DNA from: an uncultured bacterium
Lineage (GTDB): Bacteria; Acidobacteriota; HRBIN11; JAKEFK01
Reading direction: 5' to 3'
NCBI GenBank assembly: GCA_963777505.1
Contig: CAVZQN010000003.1
Span: 638,144 to 702,143, forward strand
DNA: 64,000 nt
This document shows, in pieces, positions 60,706 to 64,000 of the stretch (position 1 is its first letter; each line of letters opens with the position of its first letter). Under the pieces are notes generated by a model, which saw only the letters and a program-made list of their open reading frames with translations, was not told the DNA's origin and did not search any database. The position numbers and the translations under genes are program-made.

Positions 60706-63700
60706 TCAATCGTGTGTTGTTGTATTTGCCGGCAGAAGTGGTGCTTTGCCGTCTTCCCAAAAGAATGGTTCTCGTTTGCGGGCGCTCGGTGCAATTTCAT
60801 CGATTGTTTCTGCATCGTAGAGCCGGCCATTCACCATGGTATACCGCACACTTTCGGTGTTACGAATTTCTTCCAGAGGATTTTTATCTAATACAATTAA
60901 ATCGGCCAACTTTCCTTTCTCAAGGGAACCGAGTTCTCGATCCATTCCGAGATACTTCGATCCAGTGAGAGTCGCAGATCGCAAAACTTCCATTGGTGTG
61001 AGTCCGCCTTCGGCTAGCATCCACATTTCCCAATGTGCGCCTAATCCTTCGCGTTGACCGTGTGCTCCAATATTTACCAGTACGCCTTGATGAGAAAGTT
61101 GTGCTGCAATACGAGCTTGATTCTTGTGATTGAATTCTTCTTCAGGTGCCATCAAGGGTCTACGCGAACGGCTGTCCACAATTTCACGCGGCACAAATGT
61201 GAGAAGCCGTTTGTTTTCCCAAACTTTCGTATGTTGATACCAATAATTTTCACCATTTAATCCGCCATAAGCGACAATGAGCGTCGGTGTGTATCCAACT
61301 TTGCTTTGAGCCCATAACTGTTGTCCATCTTTGTACAAGTTTGGAACCGGTATCGAATGTTCAACTCCTGTATGGCCATCAACAACCATCGACATATTGT
61401 ATTGATACAATGAACCGCCTTCCGGAACGACCAGCATTTGGAGTTCCCGTGCTGCAGCAACAATTTGCTGGCGTTGTTCGCGGCGAGGTTGATTGTAGCT
61501 TTTCACGCTGAATGCGCCGATTGCTTTCATACGACGCAGATGTGAACGTGCATCATCCAGGCTGTTAACAATGGTTTTGAATGGATCTTGCGCACCGTAC
61601 AAGATTGTTCCGGTAGAAAATATTCGCGGCGCAGTAATATTGCCAGCTCGCGCAAGTTCGCTAGATGAAAATATTTCAGTATTGTCATTGGATGGATCGT
61701 GAATCGTTGTAACGCCAAATCCGAGAGCCGCATAGTGATACCAATTTTGCTCCGGATTGATTTCCTCATCTGCCATCCCACCGTGCCAATGAACATCAAT
61801 AATCCCCGGCATGATTGTTTTACCGGATGCATCAATGACTTTTGCGTCAGCTGGAACTGTTATATCCGTGTTTGCTCCAACCATCGCGATACGGTTTCCT
61901 TCGATTACGATCGTGCCATTTTCTAGCACTTCATCGCCGCGCATTGTGATGATTCGCGCGCCGGTCAAAGCAATTTTCCCGGAAGGAACATCGCTCGCTT
62001 GTTGAAATCCAATCGGCACACCTTTTTCGGAAGGTTCAGGAAGTTTTTCCGGCGCACCATCCAGAAATGAAAACGCATCCTTAAGTTCGCGCGTATAAAG
62101 TTCTGGACCTAGTGACCAGTGCAACTTCTTGCTATCGCCCGACCAGTGTAAATATTCCCCGGCATCGCGCGTTACTTTTGCAATCGGAATCGTTTTCGAT
62201 TTCGGTCCGATTTCGATCGTACTTCCAGTTCGCACAAATGGAGTGATGTATGCGTGAAAGTATTCTAGAAATGCGAGCCATTTCTCATCAGGCGAGAGAC
62301 GAAATTCTAATGCTGATTCCGAACGCACATGTGTTCGTTCATCGCTTCCATCCAATTCGATGCTAATCAGCATTCGTTTTGGTTGCTCACTTGGCTTTTG
62401 ATCTTCCGGTTTGAATAGATATACACGGTCATTTGAAGCTCCAAACTGGGGAGTATTTCCATTCTTCGTAATGAGTGAAGATTTACCACCTGAAGCGGGG
62501 ATCCAATAGATCCCTTGATCACGGGACCATTTCGGATTTGTAACAGAACTGCCACCTCCAGCACGATACACAATCGTATTGCCATCCGGACTGAATACTG
62601 GCTCTAAATAATGACCTGGATGTTCACTAATGATTTTGCTTTCGCCACCACTCGAAGAAATAATGCGGATCGATCCAAGTTGTTGATCATCCCATGTGGT
62701 ATAGACAATTGATTTACCATCGCGCGAATATGAAGGATAAAATTCAAAGTGATCTGTTTGGGAGGTCAATCTGCGTGGCGTACCATTCGGCAAATCGCGA
62801 ACATAGAGATAACCAAGCGCTTGAAATAAAACCTGATTTCCGGAAGACGCAACCTGAACCCAGCGAAGCATTCGCACATCAAACTTTGCTGGTGCAACTT
62901 GAATTGGGAACCGCAATGCCTGTTGAATCTTTCGTTTTGACTTTACGTGGAACGGAATGTCGCTTACTTTTTTCGTACTTAAATCAATCCGTTTGATTTT
63001 GCCACCAGCCCAGAACACAATTGCGGAATCGTCAGGTGTCCATGACATCGCAGGATAAACACCATGAATTGCCCACGCTTCCTGCATGTCGCGTTCCATT
63101 CCGTCATGGATTAATTCTTCTTCCCCCGAATCGACATGATTCAAAAGGAGAACTGATTTCCCACGCACTCTGCGAACAAAGGCAATGTATTTTCCGTTGT
63201 GCGAAGGTGTTGGACGAATCGATCCACCTGCTCCTGTAATGTATGGTTCAGTCTCACCTGATTCACGATCGAGTCTCTGGATTATATAAATCTGTTTGTT
63301 CGAGTCTTTGTCATACTGAAAAAAAACTCCCGGCGTTGTATCCTGGCTAAAATATACGTAGCGGCCATCAGCAGAAAATGCCGGTTCTCCAGCATCCTTT
63401 TGTTCGTTAGGACGCTTTGTCATCTGCAATCCTTCACCGCCGGAGCGATGGTATAACCACATTTCACCTGCACCGAGTGATCTTGTGGAAGTGAAATGTT
63501 TGCGAGCAACAATGAATTCGCTGTCAGGTGCCCAGGCTGGACTATTCACTAAACGAAAATCTTCTTTTGTAACTTGTGTAGGTTGCGAACCGTCCCGTTT
63601 CATAATCCAGATGTTGTCACCACCTGCACGATCGCTAGTAAAAGCGATCCATCTGCCATTCGGACTGAATCGTGGCTGCATGTCCCATGCAATTCCGTCT

Positions 63701-63978
63701 GTCAGTGCTTTTGCTTCACCGCCTGCAATTGGAATCGTGTAAATATCACCAAGCAAATCAAAAACAATCTCTTTGCCATCCGGACTGACATCGACGCTCA
63801 TCCATGTGCCTTCATCTGTATCAATCGTAACGTCCGACATTTCACCAGGAGGATTATTCACATCCCACTTTGGCTTTTCCTGATCTTCACTTTTTTTCTC
63901 TTCACTTCCTTGTACAGAAACTCCGTTTCCTAAAAAAATAATTGAAATTAAAATGATGAAGACGAGCAACTTTTTCAT
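60706..63978 (-). CDS. Secreted TolB-like (PD40) beta-propeller + amidohydrolase fusion
   Basis: Signal peptide, repeated FSPDG units, PGIIDVHWH, KSYNQPRR, GAHGQ and GKLADL; AAGGAG RBS favours ATG 63978. Confidence 0.9.
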   Translation of the reverse strand: MKKLLVFIILISIIFLGNGVSVQGSEEKKSEDQEKPKWDVNNPPGEMSDVTIDTDEGTWMSVDVSPDGKEIVFDLLGDIYTIPIAGGEAKALTDGIAWDMQPRFSPNGRWIAFTSDRAGGDNIWIMKRDGSQPTQVTKEDFRLVNSPAWAPDSEFIVARKHFTSTRSLGAGEMWLYHRSGGEGLQMTKRPNEQKDAGEPAFSADGRYVYFSQDTTPGVFFQYDKDSNKQIYIIQRLDRESGETEPYITGAGGSIRPTPSHNGKYIAFVRRVRGKSVLLLNHVDSGEEELIHDGMERDMQEAWAIHGVYPAMSWTPDDSAIVFWAGGKIKRIDLSTKKVSDIPFHVKSKRKIQQALRFPIQVAPAKFDVRMLRWVQVASSGNQVLFQALGYLYVRDLPNGTPRRLTSQTDHFEFYPSYSRDGKSIVYTTWDDQQLGSIRIISSSGGESKIISEHPGHYLEPVFSPDGNTIVYRAGGGSSVTNPKWSRDQGIYWIPASGGKSSLITKNGNTPQFGASNDRVYLFKPEDQKPSEQPKRMLISIELDGSDERTHVRSESALEFRLSPDEKWLAFLEYFHAYITPFVRTGSTIEIGPKSKTIPIAKVTRDAGEYLHWSGDSKKLHWSLGPELYTRELKDAFSFLDGAPEKLPEPSEKGVPIGFQQASDVPSGKIALTGARIITMRGDEVLENGTIVIEGNRIAMVGANTDITVPADAKVIDASGKTIMPGIIDVHWHGGMADEEINPEQNWYHYAALGFGVTTIHDPSNDNTEIFSSSELARAGNITAPRIFSTGTILYGAQDPFKTIVNSLDDARSHLRRMKAIGAFSVKSYNQPRREQRQQIVAAARELQMLVVPEGGSLYQYNMSMVVDGHTGVEHSIPVPNLYKDGQQLWAQSKVGYTPTLIVAYGGLNGENYWYQHTKVWENKRLLTFVPREIVDSRSRRPLMAPEEEFNHKNQARIAAQLSHQGVLVNIGAHGQREGLGAHWEMWMLAEGGLTPMEVLRSATLTGSKYLGMDRELGSLEKGKLADLIVLDKNPLEEIRNTESVRYTMVNGRLYDAETIDEIAPSARKREPFFWEDGKAPLLPANTTTHD

Positions 63979-64000
63979 GAATTGCACTCCTTTGTGCGAA

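Overview
Mostly core-genome DNA from a diderm bacterium with roughly 40-45% GC (estimated by eye). An Acidobacteriota affiliation is inferred from an ADOP-type duplicated permease, a fused LptF-LptG, a DUF4388 protein and an 'LGELAKKEK...KVFTNED' secreted protein. Gene order: TMEM175 (truncated); waaA-lpxK-lpxL-gmhB-ABC-moeB/thiF-cysteine desulfurase; EF-G paralogue; xerD-archease-OSBS/NAAAR-ATP-grasp; ECF sigma-STAS-small helical protein-CuA cupredoxin; DHH/CBS tRNA nucleotidyltransferase; metK-ahcY; lptFG; GH57; a frame-disrupted pseudo-receiver/Ser-Thr kinase/TonB fusion; accD-folC; nfeD-SPFH-diguanylate cyclase-DUF4388-Mit_KHE1-like; arsR-SRPBCC; pdaD-speB; purB; tig-clpP-clpX-lon-engB-rho; rpmE-prfA; then accessory genes including a GC-rich GNAT. 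No rRNA, tRNA, CRISPR array, transposase or prophage was seen. The most unusual signals are: (1) a dense load of small repeats, including a ~20-bp dispersed element at about 14 gene junctions that supplies stop codons, protein termini and candidate RBSs, plus inverted 7/8-mer arrays and REP/REPIN elements; (2) the REC(Asp->Ser)-kinase-TM-TonB fusion; (3) an ECF sigma paired with a STAS protein instead of an anti-sigma; (4) candidate structured RNAs (an rpmE leader and a 104-nt rod) and a DnaA-box cluster. All family assignments come from motif recognition, not database searches.
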